Shown: positions 36,969 to 45,861 of the stretch, piece by piece | Position numbering within the stretch: position 1 is the first letter of the stretch | Layout of the letters: the number at the start of each line of letters is the position of its first letter | From: Parcubacteria group bacterium GW2011_GWA1_56_13 | GTDB lineage: Bacteria; Patescibacteriota; Minisyncoccia; Phycocordibacterales; Phycocordibacteraceae | DNA length: 64,000 nucleotides | Assembly (NCBI GenBank): GCA_001004905.1 | Contig: LCRY01000002.1 | Location: 378,129-442,128, forward strand | Direction: 5' to 3' | Made by a program: the position numbers and the translations under genes | Notes under the pieces: generated by a model | Told to the model about the DNA's origin: nothing | Databases searched by the model: none | Seen by the model: the letters and a program-made list of their open reading frames with translations, nothing else

Positions 36969-37571
36969 TCAAGTCTTCACGTACATCCAGGAGGGACACT
37001 TGTCCTTCCAGGTAAAGAGCGGTGTGATGCCGTAGGCCGAACACCAGCCGTTCACCGCCTCGATGACACCGAAGTTGAGCTTTGAATTGACGAAATAATC
37101 GTGGCCGATAACAAGCCCTCCCTTGCGCACCTTCCTGCTCCACGCCGCGATGTCGGCGACTACATGCTCGTAGGAGTGGTTCGCGTCGATAAATACCCAG
37201 TCGAGCGACTCGTCGGGAAATTCTTTTACCGCATCCAGAGACCAGGCCTTCTTGAGCGTGACATTCTTGAATCGCGCGAGCTTTTTCTGCGCATGCTGGT
37301 AGGCATCGTTTTCGAGGTCGTTTTTGTCGTAATCGCGGTAATTTTCGTACGAGGTCCACGCGTCAATGCCGATAATCTCCACGTTTGGAGCCCGTGAGGC
37401 GAGCCGCTCGGTAAATCTGCCTCGATATACACCGAGCTCCACCCCCTTTTTGAATCCGAGGTCGTTTAAGAGGCGGCCCATGTCGTGCCAGCGGCTCGCC
37501 GGAATCCTCACAGGCGACGACGCGTTCGGATTGAGCCCGTATCGCCGCATGACGAAGTTGAGGGTGTCCAT
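36969..37571 (-). CDS. Class I SAM-dependent methyltransferase (Methyltransf_24-like)
   Basis: VELGVYRG, FIDANHSYE, GGLVIGHDY. Confidence 0.85.
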   Translation of the reverse strand: MDTLNFVMRRYGLNPNASSPVRIPASRWHDMGRLLNDLGFKKGVELGVYRGRFTERLASRAPNVEIIGIDAWTSYENYRDYDKNDLENDAYQHAQKKLARFKNVTLKKAWSLDAVKEFPDESLDWVFIDANHSYEHVVADIAAWSRKVRKGGLVIGHDYFVNSKLNFGVIEAVNGWCSAYGITPLFTWKDKCPSWMYVKT

Positions 37572-37572
37572 A

Positions 37573-38430
37573 TCACCCCCAGATGCGCTTCCTCCAGTCC
37601 GTGGGCCAGGATGGGAGCGGCCAGAACTGGTCTATCATGTTCTCGAACGTTTTCCGGTCTTCGTATACCCAATAATTATACGAGAATTTATTGCAGGCCC
37701 GCATGGACTCTCGGCTCATGAAATACATGCGACCGTATTTTGGCCCCTTATGCAGGTGCGCATACCAGGTGTTCTTGTTCGACATTGTTTTGCCGCCCGC
37801 GCGCTTCGTCTTGTAGACGATCTCCTCGCCCTCCTGTCCCCACCCCGAGTAACCTTCTATTTGCATAAGACCGACGTGTTTGAACCACTCTTTCGTCATA
37901 AACCACGCACTTCCCTGGATATGCATCGTCTCGTCGATCGGAATGTGGGAACGCTCGCGAGTGCGAGCGTCCCATTTGAACCCGTGAAGGCCCTTTGGGT
38001 CGAACTTCTCGGGATACATCGTGTATTCGTAGTCGATGGGCGGCCGGTCATCCACCTGCGTCTGTAGGCACCAGTGCTCGGCATCGAGGCGGTGTCGGCG
38101 CGGCACCTGTACCCAATTCGGCTGATGGTCCTTCGCAAGCTGCATGTCAAAGCCCGGTGCGACCATGCAGTGCGCATCAAGTGCCATGATGTATTGTCCA
38201 TTCGCACGTTCGGCCATCGTATTTATTCCGTGCCTCTTATGCGTTTCGCCGCCGCCCAAGGGAATGCGCAGGTACGTAACGCGCGAATCGTGTACAAGCT
38301 CTTCGGTGGGCGGTTCGTACCCATCCAGTATGGGAAACACCTCGATTTCGCCCGTGGCGTTTTTCAGCACATCCTCGATCGTCTGTTTTAAGAAACGTTC
38401 GTTCCTGCTCGGTATGGCAATGGATAACAT
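37573..38430 (-). CDS. GT2 glycosyltransferase
   Basis: LSIAIPSRNE, LDAHC, QGSAWFM; paralog of the 31971..33722 N-domain. Confidence 0.85.
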   Translation of the reverse strand: MLSIAIPSRNERFLKQTIEDVLKNATGEIEVFPILDGYEPPTEELVHDSRVTYLRIPLGGGETHKRHGINTMAERANGQYIMALDAHCMVAPGFDMQLAKDHQPNWVQVPRRHRLDAEHWCLQTQVDDRPPIDYEYTMYPEKFDPKGLHGFKWDARTRERSHIPIDETMHIQGSAWFMTKEWFKHVGLMQIEGYSGWGQEGEEIVYKTKRAGGKTMSNKNTWYAHLHKGPKYGRMYFMSRESMRACNKFSYNYWVYEDRKTFENMIDQFWPLPSWPTDWRKRIWG

Positions 38431-38468
38431 GATTCCCGCTTTGCGTAACGAGGATTTTACCTTGCCGT

Positions 38469-39080
38469 CTAGACGTGCGTCAAATAGAGAATGGAGGGAG
38501 CGAAGTACATTGCGTCGGCCGAGAGCGCCCAGCCGATGGGCTGGATAACCTCGTCCGTTCCCGAGGGCTGGACCTGGGAGAGGGCTCCCGTGGCGGTTGA
38601 TACGTAAATGAGTCCGGAGTCCCCGGGTCCGATCGTCCAGTTCCAGGCATCGGCGCGGAGCACCCCGTGGAGGAGGATGCGCTTCGCGCCGGCCCCGGCG
38701 TCTACCGCAAGCGCGACGCACGGCGAGGTTGCGTTCGAAGTTGCGCTCGCCGTACTCAAGTTGCCATTGGAAGCCATGTAGAGCGGCGCGCCGATGCCTT
38801 GATCGTTCGTATCCACAGTCGCCGTAATGATGAGGCCGGAGGCGGAATTGTCGGCCGACGGCGGGTTCATGAGCTTGATGCCCGCAACGCTGTTGATGGG
38901 AAGCTCGCCCATGTCGAGGCGATACCGCGATATCTTGATGGTCTGCGTGCCCACCTTAAGGTCTCCGCATCCGAGGCAGGTAAACAGCGACGTGGGAACT
39001 GTTTTCTTTTTGTCGGACCCCAAAAGCGGTATCCAGTGATGCGTACCGCATTCCTCCTGTTCTTTTTTTCTTTTCTTCAT
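38469..39080 (-). CDS. Hypothetical protein: N-terminal Cys/His motif + beta domain resembling phage decoration proteins
   Basis: CGTHHW...CLGC; GAPLYMASNG...LIYVSTATGALS...IGWALSA. Confidence 0.55.
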   Translation of the reverse strand: MKKRKKEQEECGTHHWIPLLGSDKKKTVPTSLFTCLGCGDLKVGTQTIKISRYRLDMGELPINSVAGIKLMNPPSADNSASGLIITATVDTNDQGIGAPLYMASNGNLSTASATSNATSPCVALAVDAGAGAKRILLHGVLRADAWNWTIGPGDSGLIYVSTATGALSQVQPSGTDEVIQPIGWALSADAMYFAPSILYLTHV

Positions 39081-39099
39081 TTGAACTGCGCTGTATGTT

Positions 39100-39315
39100 T
39101 CAGCTTAAATAATCTATCTGAAGCACCTCTTCCCCACCAGCATCATGGACAGAAAGAAATTGCTCGGTCTCGGAAACGTTGAACGTCGAAAGACGACGTC
39201 CCGGCGCCGCATCCTGCGGCGGTTTCGAAAGCAACGGGCCGAACATTTTCCCCATCACGAATGTCCCGCTGCCAATGAGCACTATTTTTAAGAACTGTCT
39301 TCTGCTGGTATCCAC
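39100..39315 (-). CDS. Small twin-arginine signal protein
   Basis: SRRQFLK matches the Tat consensus, followed by a hydrophobic segment. Confidence 0.8.
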   Translation of the reverse strand: MDTSRRQFLKIVLIGSGTFVMGKMFGPLLSKPPQDAAPGRRLSTFNVSETEQFLSVHDAGGEEVLQIDYLS

Positions 39316-39322
39316 ACGTTTT

Positions 39323-39517
39323 CTATTTTCGGCCGGATTTTTTCAGTTCTTTCTGTGCCTTTTGTATCTCCCGCTCCATTTCGGTCTTCCCCTTCTGGAA
39401 TTCTCCCGTGAATCGACCGAGGCCGCGTGCTATTTCCGATATCTTCTCTCCGCCGAAAAAAAACACAACGACGACCACGAGAATGATCGCTATCTCCGGG
39501 AATCCGAGTCCAAACAT
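39323..39517 (-). CDS. tatA: Twin-arginine translocase TatA
   Basis: MFGLGFPEIAII...FFGGEKISEIARGLGRFTGEFQKG. Confidence 0.88.
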   Translation of the reverse strand: MFGLGFPEIAIILVVVVVFFFGGEKISEIARGLGRFTGEFQKGKTEMEREIQKAQKELKKSGRK

Positions 39518-39528
39518 ACTAAGATAAG

Positions 39529-39630
39529 TTATTTGATATTGTCCTGCTTCTTCCTGTTTTTCCAAAAGAAAAACAGGGCCACGATGACGATTACAATGAC
39601 CGCAATTTCTGGGAATCCGAGTCCAAACAT
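39529..39630 (-). CDS. 33-aa TatA-like TM-only peptide
   Basis: Hand translation MFGLGFPEIAVIVIVIVALFFFWKNRKKQDNIK; first 20 nt identical to tatA. Confidence 0.55.
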   Translation of the reverse strand: MFGLGFPEIAVIVIVIVALFFFWKNRKKQDNIK

Positions 39631-39730
39631 AAGAGGGAGCGTTTACTTTTTATTAATCCGACCATATCGAAAGTATAGCAGGTGTTGTAGTGCGCGCGCG
39701 GCCTACGGTGGATATCGTTTTTGATGCGCC

Positions 39731-40504
39731 TCAGCTTCTTGCGGCACGGCGAGCAAGGAAGGTGCCTGTGATGTATAAGAGCACGAGCGGTACGAACAAA
39801 AGGACCATGGTGATGCCTGTCTGATCCGGAGTTATGACTGCAGAAAAGACGAGCAAGGATACGAGCGCGTGACGCCGCTTTCTCCTCCAAAAGTCTGGTG
39901 CCACAACGCCGAGAAAACTCAGGAGCGCCATGAAGATGGGGAGCAGGAAGATGACGCCGGTCGCGAGCATGATGCCGACGATCCACGCCATAAACGCATC
40001 GAGCGAAAAGAGCGGCGTGACACCGAGCGCTGTCGTGAACGGATACATGAGCTCAAAGGTTAAGGGTATGAGATAGACATACGCGAAGACGCAGCCGGCG
40101 ATGAATAAGGCGGAGGAGAGGACGAGCGCCTGGGACACTCCTTTTCGTTCGTGCGCGAACAAGGCCGGCGAAAGGTACTGCATGAAGCGGTACAGAAAAT
40201 ACGGGGAAACCGTGATGAACGCGAGTACGAGCGCTATCTCAACCTGAGTGATGAAGCCGCTCAAGGGAGTCATCACGATGAGCGTGACCTCTGACGGCAC
40301 GAAATCGCTCTGCATCATCTTGAAAAAGTGTACCGCAAAGGAATCTCCGGTGAAAACAGGGATCGGGATATTTTTTCCGAACACTGTCACGGTGCTCGGG
40401 CCGACCAGAAAATAAAAAAGAGAGGAGGCGACGAACGCGAAAACCCAATAGACAATGCTTTGGGCGAACAATTTCAATTCCCCGAGGATGGTCACGGAAT
40501 GCAT
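39731..40504 (-). CDS. tatC: Twin-arginine translocase TatC
   Basis: 6 TM segments; YLSPALFAHER, FLLP, AVITPD, LY motifs. Confidence 0.88.
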   Translation of the reverse strand: MHSVTILGELKLFAQSIVYWVFAFVASSLFYFLVGPSTVTVFGKNIPIPVFTGDSFAVHFFKMMQSDFVPSEVTLIVMTPLSGFITQVEIALVLAFITVSPYFLYRFMQYLSPALFAHERKGVSQALVLSSALFIAGCVFAYVYLIPLTFELMYPFTTALGVTPLFSLDAFMAWIVGIMLATGVIFLLPIFMALLSFLGVVAPDFWRRKRRHALVSLLVFSAVITPDQTGITMVLLFVPLVLLYITGTFLARRAARS

Positions 40505-40506
40505 CG

Positions 40507-41496
40507 CTACTCCCCTTCGTCGAACTCAAAGATGGGATTGTCCGTCGTGTCGTACATGACCGTCGTTGACGCGTCGATTTGCTTGAACGTGAATGAATTG
40601 CCGAAGATGACGCCATTCTCGACGACGACATTGCCTTTTGTCCCCGGCTCCGTGACCCCGCAGCCGCCGCCAGAACAGACCCAGAGATTCTCGTTGTTCT
40701 GCCGTATATTCCCGCCCGTTGAAGATATTTCGAGGTCGCCGGTACCGGGGACGGCATACAGTTCACCGTATACATCACTTGCCTGGCTCACTCTGAATTG
40801 AGCATAGCTGTTTGCATCAAACACATTGAATTTTCTAGTCGCCGTTGAAGTTCCGATACCGGTATTGCCGGAATTGTCGATAACGAACAGATTCGTGCCG
40901 GCCGAGTTTTGGACCTGGAAGAGATTTGCCACCTGGCTCGCAATACCTCGAAGTGAAAGTGGCGTTGCCGCCGTCGATGTTGCCTCGATGGAAACCATGG
41001 AGCCCGAAATCGGCGTCGTCGTCCCGAAAGAGGATTGGCCAGTGCCGCTCACGGCTCCTGACAAGAGTGAAAAAAGAGAGGATGTTATCTGTTGGCGGGG
41101 TGAGAGCGTTTCCCAACTGGCATTATCGGAAGAAACCTCTACCTGCAAATAGAGAGAATTGCCGTTTGAGAAGTCGAGGGAGAGGGCGTCGGGATATCCG
41201 TTATCCGTGTCGCCGATATTGACGGTAAATACTCCCTGGCGCACCGTCGCGGAGACCGCGGTCGGCGCGGCGGCCGGCCACGTACGTGAACCAGTGGCTA
41301 TGTTCGATGTGGTCCAAACGGAAAATTTGAAATAGTACGTCGTTCCGGTTGATGAGCCGAGTAGGTCGCCGCTTGCATTTGTCAGTCGGCCCTGATAGCT
41401 GATGATTTGCGGAAGGGTTTGCGCGGCATGAGACGCAGAAAGTGGGAGTGCAACGAAGACCCCACCACAAAAAAGAACCATCAAGAGTTTTTTCAT
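40507..41496 (-). CDS. Secreted surface/fibre-like protein
   Basis: Sec signal ending SHA; ISYQGRLTN...LYLQVEV...ETLSPRQ; GNTGIGT fibre-like motif. Confidence 0.7.
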   Translation of the reverse strand: MKKLLMVLFCGGVFVALPLSASHAAQTLPQIISYQGRLTNASGDLLGSSTGTTYYFKFSVWTTSNIATGSRTWPAAAPTAVSATVRQGVFTVNIGDTDNGYPDALSLDFSNGNSLYLQVEVSSDNASWETLSPRQQITSSLFSLLSGAVSGTGQSSFGTTTPISGSMVSIEATSTAATPLSLRGIASQVANLFQVQNSAGTNLFVIDNSGNTGIGTSTATRKFNVFDANSYAQFRVSQASDVYGELYAVPGTGDLEISSTGGNIRQNNENLWVCSGGGCGVTEPGTKGNVVVENGVIFGNSFTFKQIDASTTVMYDTTDNPIFEFDEGE

Positions 41497-41542
41497 CGTA
41501 GTGCTGCCGCGCAAGCGGCCTATGTACAGTGTAGCGCACTTT

Positions 41543-42436
41543 CTAGCTGAGAAGCGCCCTGATGCGGTCTTGTATCGGCGGATGTGTGGAAAACAATCGC
41601 TCGATCCAGCCGCCAGCGCCCGCGCCCTTAGCACCGAAAGGGCTGCTGATGAAAAGATGTGCGGTCGCCGTATTGGCGCTTCGCATCTTTGCGGGATAAC
41701 TGCCGATCTTTTCGAGCGCGGAAGCGAGTCCTTCTGGATAGCGCGTGAGGAGCGCGCCCGAGGCATCTGCGAGATATTCGCGGCGGCGCGAGACGGCGAG
41801 CTGGATGAGCTTCGCGGCGAGGGGGGCAAGTATGATGCCGATGACGGCGAGGACAACGAGAAGGGCGTTTCCTTGTTTATTGCCGCCGCTGCGGCCGTGC
41901 CCCCAGAAGGACATGCGCAAGAAAATGTCCGCGATGATGGCGACAAAGCCCGCGAGAACCACCGCAACCGTCATGAGAAGCATGTCCCGGTTCTTGATAT
42001 GCGAGAGTTCGTGACCAATGACGCCCTCCAATTCGCTCCGCGAGAGCGCCGCGAGCAGGCCGGTCGTCGCGCAAACGACCGCATGCCTCTCGTCGCGACC
42101 GGTAGCGAACGCGTTCGGCGCCGGGTCGTCTATCACGTAGAGTTTCGGCATCGGCAATCCGGCGGCAATGGAGAGATTCTCGGTAACGGTATAAAGGTCG
42201 AAGAATTCCTCGCGCGACGCCGATCGTGCGTGGTTGAGCGAAAGCACCAGCGTATCGGAGGCCCAGTACGCGTAAAAGTTCGTCGCGACGGCGATGATGA
42301 CCGCGATGTAGAGAATGGCGGGGTTGCCGTAATACCAGGAGATAGCATACCCCACCGCGATGACGACGATGAGGAAACCGAGCACGAGCGCCCATGTCCG
42401 GCGGACATTACTCGCGCGCTGTTCATATAAATTCAT
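41543..42436 (-). CDS. htpX: M48 zinc metalloprotease HtpX
   Basis: PNAFATG, HELSH, REYLAD, STHPP. Confidence 0.93.
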   Translation of the reverse strand: MNLYEQRASNVRRTWALVLGFLIVVIAVGYAISWYYGNPAILYIAVIIAVATNFYAYWASDTLVLSLNHARSASREEFFDLYTVTENLSIAAGLPMPKLYVIDDPAPNAFATGRDERHAVVCATTGLLAALSRSELEGVIGHELSHIKNRDMLLMTVAVVLAGFVAIIADIFLRMSFWGHGRSGGNKQGNALLVVLAVIGIILAPLAAKLIQLAVSRRREYLADASGALLTRYPEGLASALEKIGSYPAKMRSANTATAHLFISSPFGAKGAGAGGWIERLFSTHPPIQDRIRALLS

Positions 42437-42474
42437 ATATCGATACGACGTGCCTTGGCCCGATCTCTCGGAAA

Positions 42475-43035
42475 CTAGAATCGCACTTTCACTGGTTCGG
42501 CGGCCGCGGCATCGGTGGAAGAAAGTTCGAAGAGGTCCATCGGCTTGAATCCGAACGCGTTCGCGATCAGGTTCCCGGGGAACGATTGCTCCGCAGTGTT
42601 GAGCGCCATGACGGTCGTGTTGTAGAAGCGGCGGGACGCCTGGATCTTGTCTTCGGTGTCGCCGAGTTCCCTCTGCAATTGGAGGAAGTTCTGATTCGCT
42701 TTCAGGTCGGGATACGCCTCGGAAACGGCGAAAAGTGATTTGAGCGCTCCGGTGAGCATGTTTTCCGCCTGTGCTTTGCCTGCAGCACCCGAGGCGCCCA
42801 TCGCGGCGGCGCGCGCCCGGGTAACATTCTCAAATGCGCTTGATTCGTGCGCGGCGTATCCCTTTACCGTCTCCACGAGGTTCGGAATAAGGTCGTAGCG
42901 GCGCTTGAGCTGTACTTGGATGTCGGCCCACGCTTCCTTCGCGTGGTTCACGAGCGTTATAAGCCGGTTATATGCTGTAATAATCCAGAGCAAAACGAGT
43001 CCTACGAGTATGAGGATACCAGTGGTTGTAGACAT
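42475..43035 (-). CDS. lemA: LemA family protein
   Basis: RRYDLIPNLV, YPDLKANQNF, SRRFYN. Confidence 0.93.
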   Translation of the reverse strand: MSTTTGILILVGLVLLWIITAYNRLITLVNHAKEAWADIQVQLKRRYDLIPNLVETVKGYAAHESSAFENVTRARAAAMGASGAAGKAQAENMLTGALKSLFAVSEAYPDLKANQNFLQLQRELGDTEDKIQASRRFYNTTVMALNTAEQSFPGNLIANAFGFKPMDLFELSSTDAAAAEPVKVRF

Positions 43036-43107
43036 ATGGGACAGCATATCACATGTGGTACAGTACAGGCCTCTTTACCAGGTTTTTATCATAACTTAAC
43101 CACGTAT

Positions 43108-43557
43108 ATGGAAGGAAGGACTCTTGCCATTATCGTTATCGTTCTCATCATCATCGCGGGCGGCTGGTACCTCCTGAAAGGGGCGCCGGAGGGCACGCCG
43201 GCGGCGAATACCCAAACGCCGGCGGCAACCAGCACCGTTCCCTCGGGCACGACCATCCTTTATTCTGCCCAAGGGTTCTCGCCAAAAAACGTTACGGTTC
43301 CTGTCGGCGCGACCGTGACGTTCATAAACCAAGGCGATGCTGGGATGTGGGTCGCATCCGCTCCCCATCCGACGCACCAAGGATACAGCGGCACGACGAG
43401 AGGCGAGCACTGCGCGGCCGGATACAGCGGTTCGGCTCCGTTCGACCAATGCTCCGCAAGCGACAGCTTCACGTTCACATTCACCAAAGCCGGTACGTGG
43501 ACCTACCATAACCACGTCTCGGCGGGAGACACGGGCGCCATTGTCGTGACTCCGTAA
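43108..43557 (+). CDS. Membrane-anchored cupredoxin-fold protein
   Basis: FSPKNVTVPVGATVTF, HPTH, GTWTYHNH. Confidence 0.75.
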   Translation: MEGRTLAIIVIVLIIIAGGWYLLKGAPEGTPAANTQTPAATSTVPSGTTILYSAQGFSPKNVTVPVGATVTFINQGDAGMWVASAPHPTHQGYSGTTRGEHCAAGYSGSAPFDQCSASDSFTFTFTKAGTWTYHNHVSAGDTGAIVVTP

Positions 43558-43662
43558 GCAAAGGGAATACCGGCGCATCGTATGCGGCGCGGCCAAAAGG
43601 CCGCGCCGCGCGTCGTTTTGCGATCGTGTGCCTGTCCTGAAAACGCGCAGTATACTAGCAAG

Positions 43663-45861
43663 GTGAATATAGAAGATACCGTTGACGCGCACTTCATGCG
43701 GCTCCGTCCCGACCAGAAGCGGGCGCTCGCCAAACTCGGGATACGGACTATTCGTGACCTGCTGTACCACTTCCCATCGCGGTATGAACGCTCGGGGCCT
43801 TCGACCACTATTTCCGGGGTCACGGCGGGAGCCGAGGTCACGCTTTACGGCACGGTGCGCAAGCCCGCCGTCCGCAAGACCTGGAAAAGCCGCCGGCCTA
43901 TCGCCGAAGCATGGCTCGAGGACGCGTCAGGGAAACTCAAGATGATGTGGTTCTCCCAGCCCTATATCGCCAAAACGCTCCACGACGGTATGGCGGTGAA
44001 AGTGAGCGGGCGGGTGGCCGGCGCGGGTGCGAAAACGTATCTCGCCAATCCGTCCATCGAACGATCCCCCGTCGCGCCCGAAGCGGCGCACGACACTCTT
44101 TTCTACCAAGGTGGAACCTTGTACGGCTCAGTACAAGGTTCCACCTTGAATGCCGCGCTGTATCCGGTCTATCCGGAAAGCCGAGGAATTTCCTCGCTCT
44201 GGTTCTTGCACGCCTTAAGGAAAGTATTCGAGGAGCGCGCGCACGAGAACATCGCGGACCCTATCCCAAAAGAGCTCCTCGCGCGCTATAGCCTCCCGTC
44301 GCTTCCCGCAGCGCTTGTGTTCATGCATGCGCCGCGTCGGTTCTCCGACGCGACGGCGGCGCGCAAGCGTTTCGCGTTCGAGGAAGTATTCGCCCTCCAG
44401 ATAGTGATGCAGAAACGACGACGCGCGCACATATCGGAGAAGGCGCTGCCGGTTCTGGTCGACGACGGCGCGATGCGCCGTCTTGGGGATTTCGTCGCTT
44501 CATTTCCCTTCCCCGCCACCGCCGCACAGATGCGCGCGATAGACGCCATCGCGAACGATTTTGAAAAACCGCATCCGATGCTCCGCTTGCTTGAGGGCGA
44601 TGTGGGGAGCGGTAAGACCGCGGTCGCTGCAGCGACCGCGTACCTCGTCGCGACTTCGACTCCGGCGGGAAGGATCGCCGGTACGCTCCAGGTCGCGTAT
44701 CTCTGCCCGACCGAGATACTCGCGAAACAGCATTTTTCCACGTTCGTTTCGTACTTCCGCGACCATCCGGTACCCATCGGGCTCATCACCGGCAGCGAAT
44801 GCCGGAAATTCCCCTCGCGCGTGCGGTACGAGGAATCCGCGAAACTGTCCCGGGCGGCATTCAAGAAAATGGCGGCGAACGGCGAGCTACCCATCATCAT
44901 CGGTACGCACGCACTCATCGAGAAATCGCTCTCGCTCAAATATTTCGCGTACGCCATCATTGACGAACAGCATCGTTTCGGCACCATACACCGACAGAAG
45001 CTTGCGACCAAAGGCACCGTCGCGCCACACCTGCTCTCCATGACGGCGACGCCCATCCCGCGCACGCTCGCGCTCACGCTCTACAGCGACCTCGATCTCA
45101 CGCTTCTGGATGAAATGCCCGCCGGAAGAAAAGCGGTAGTGACCGAAGTGCTCGCTCCCGAAAAGCGGGAACGAGCGTACGAGCGGGTACGGTCTGAACT
45201 CGCCATCGGGCACCAGGCATACGTCATCTGCCCGCGCATTGATGAACCGGACCCGGCGAAGGAACTCGCGCTTCAGGCAAAATCGGTCAAAGCCGAAGCG
45301 GCGCGCTTGCAGAAAGACGTCTTCCCCGACGCAATTATCGGCATCCTGCACAGCAAGATGACACCCGGCGACAAGGAGGAAACGATGAAAAAATTCGAAA
45401 AGGGATACATCGATATCCTCGTCGCCACGTCGGTGGTCGAGGTGGGCGTCAATGTCGCGAATGCCACCGTCATCCTCATCGAAGGCGCCGAACGCTTCGG
45501 TCTCGCTCAACTCCATCAACTCCGAGGACGCGTTATCCGCTCAACGCATCAGCCGTACTGCTTCGCCCTCCCCGAGATGTTCGGCGACGTGACGCGGGAA
45601 CGCATGAAGGCGTTCGCAAAAACGAACAATGGCTTCGAGCTCGCCGAATACGACCTTGCGCTCCGGGGCGCAGGCGAGCTTGGCGGCGGCAGACAGTGGG
45701 GGGTTTCCGACGTCGCGATGGAAGCGCTCAAAAACATCAAGCTCGTGGAAGCGGCGCGCGCCGAGGCGGCGCGCCTCGTCGAGATAGACCCCGGGTTGAA
45801 AAATCATTCCGCGCTCGCCCTGCGCGCGGCGCACGCCGACCGTGAGATGCATTTGGAGTAG
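43663..45861 (+). CDS. recG: ATP-dependent DNA helicase RecG
   Basis: GDVGSGKT, DEQH, TATPIPRT, QLRGRV; GTG start inferred. Confidence 0.95.
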   Translation: MNIEDTVDAHFMRLRPDQKRALAKLGIRTIRDLLYHFPSRYERSGPSTTISGVTAGAEVTLYGTVRKPAVRKTWKSRRPIAEAWLEDASGKLKMMWFSQPYIAKTLHDGMAVKVSGRVAGAGAKTYLANPSIERSPVAPEAAHDTLFYQGGTLYGSVQGSTLNAALYPVYPESRGISSLWFLHALRKVFEERAHENIADPIPKELLARYSLPSLPAALVFMHAPRRFSDATAARKRFAFEEVFALQIVMQKRRRAHISEKALPVLVDDGAMRRLGDFVASFPFPATAAQMRAIDAIANDFEKPHPMLRLLEGDVGSGKTAVAAATAYLVATSTPAGRIAGTLQVAYLCPTEILAKQHFSTFVSYFRDHPVPIGLITGSECRKFPSRVRYEESAKLSRAAFKKMAANGELPIIIGTHALIEKSLSLKYFAYAIIDEQHRFGTIHRQKLATKGTVAPHLLSMTATPIPRTLALTLYSDLDLTLLDEMPAGRKAVVTEVLAPEKRERAYERVRSELAIGHQAYVICPRIDEPDPAKELALQAKSVKAEAARLQKDVFPDAIIGILHSKMTPGDKEETMKKFEKGYIDILVATSVVEVGVNVANATVILIEGAERFGLAQLHQLRGRVIRSTHQPYCFALPEMFGDVTRERMKAFAKTNNGFELAEYDLALRGAGELGGGRQWGVSDVAMEALKNIKLVEAARAEAARLVEIDPGLKNHSALALRAAHADREMHLE
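44107..44148. repeat. In-frame 18-bp perfect inverted repeat in recG
   Basis: caaggtggaaccttgtac-ggctca-gtacaaggttccaccttg. Confidence 0.85.

Noticed and set aside
28654-41496. Intact prophage
   Set aside because: No integrase, terminase, portal or major capsid gene is recognisable
41497-41967. N-terminal extension of the 40507 ORF (similarly for ftsH, MazG-like, DUF192, DUF2914, GT 37573)
   Set aside because: Extensions overlap neighbouring genes or tRNAs; downstream starts fit signal peptides or promoter spacing better
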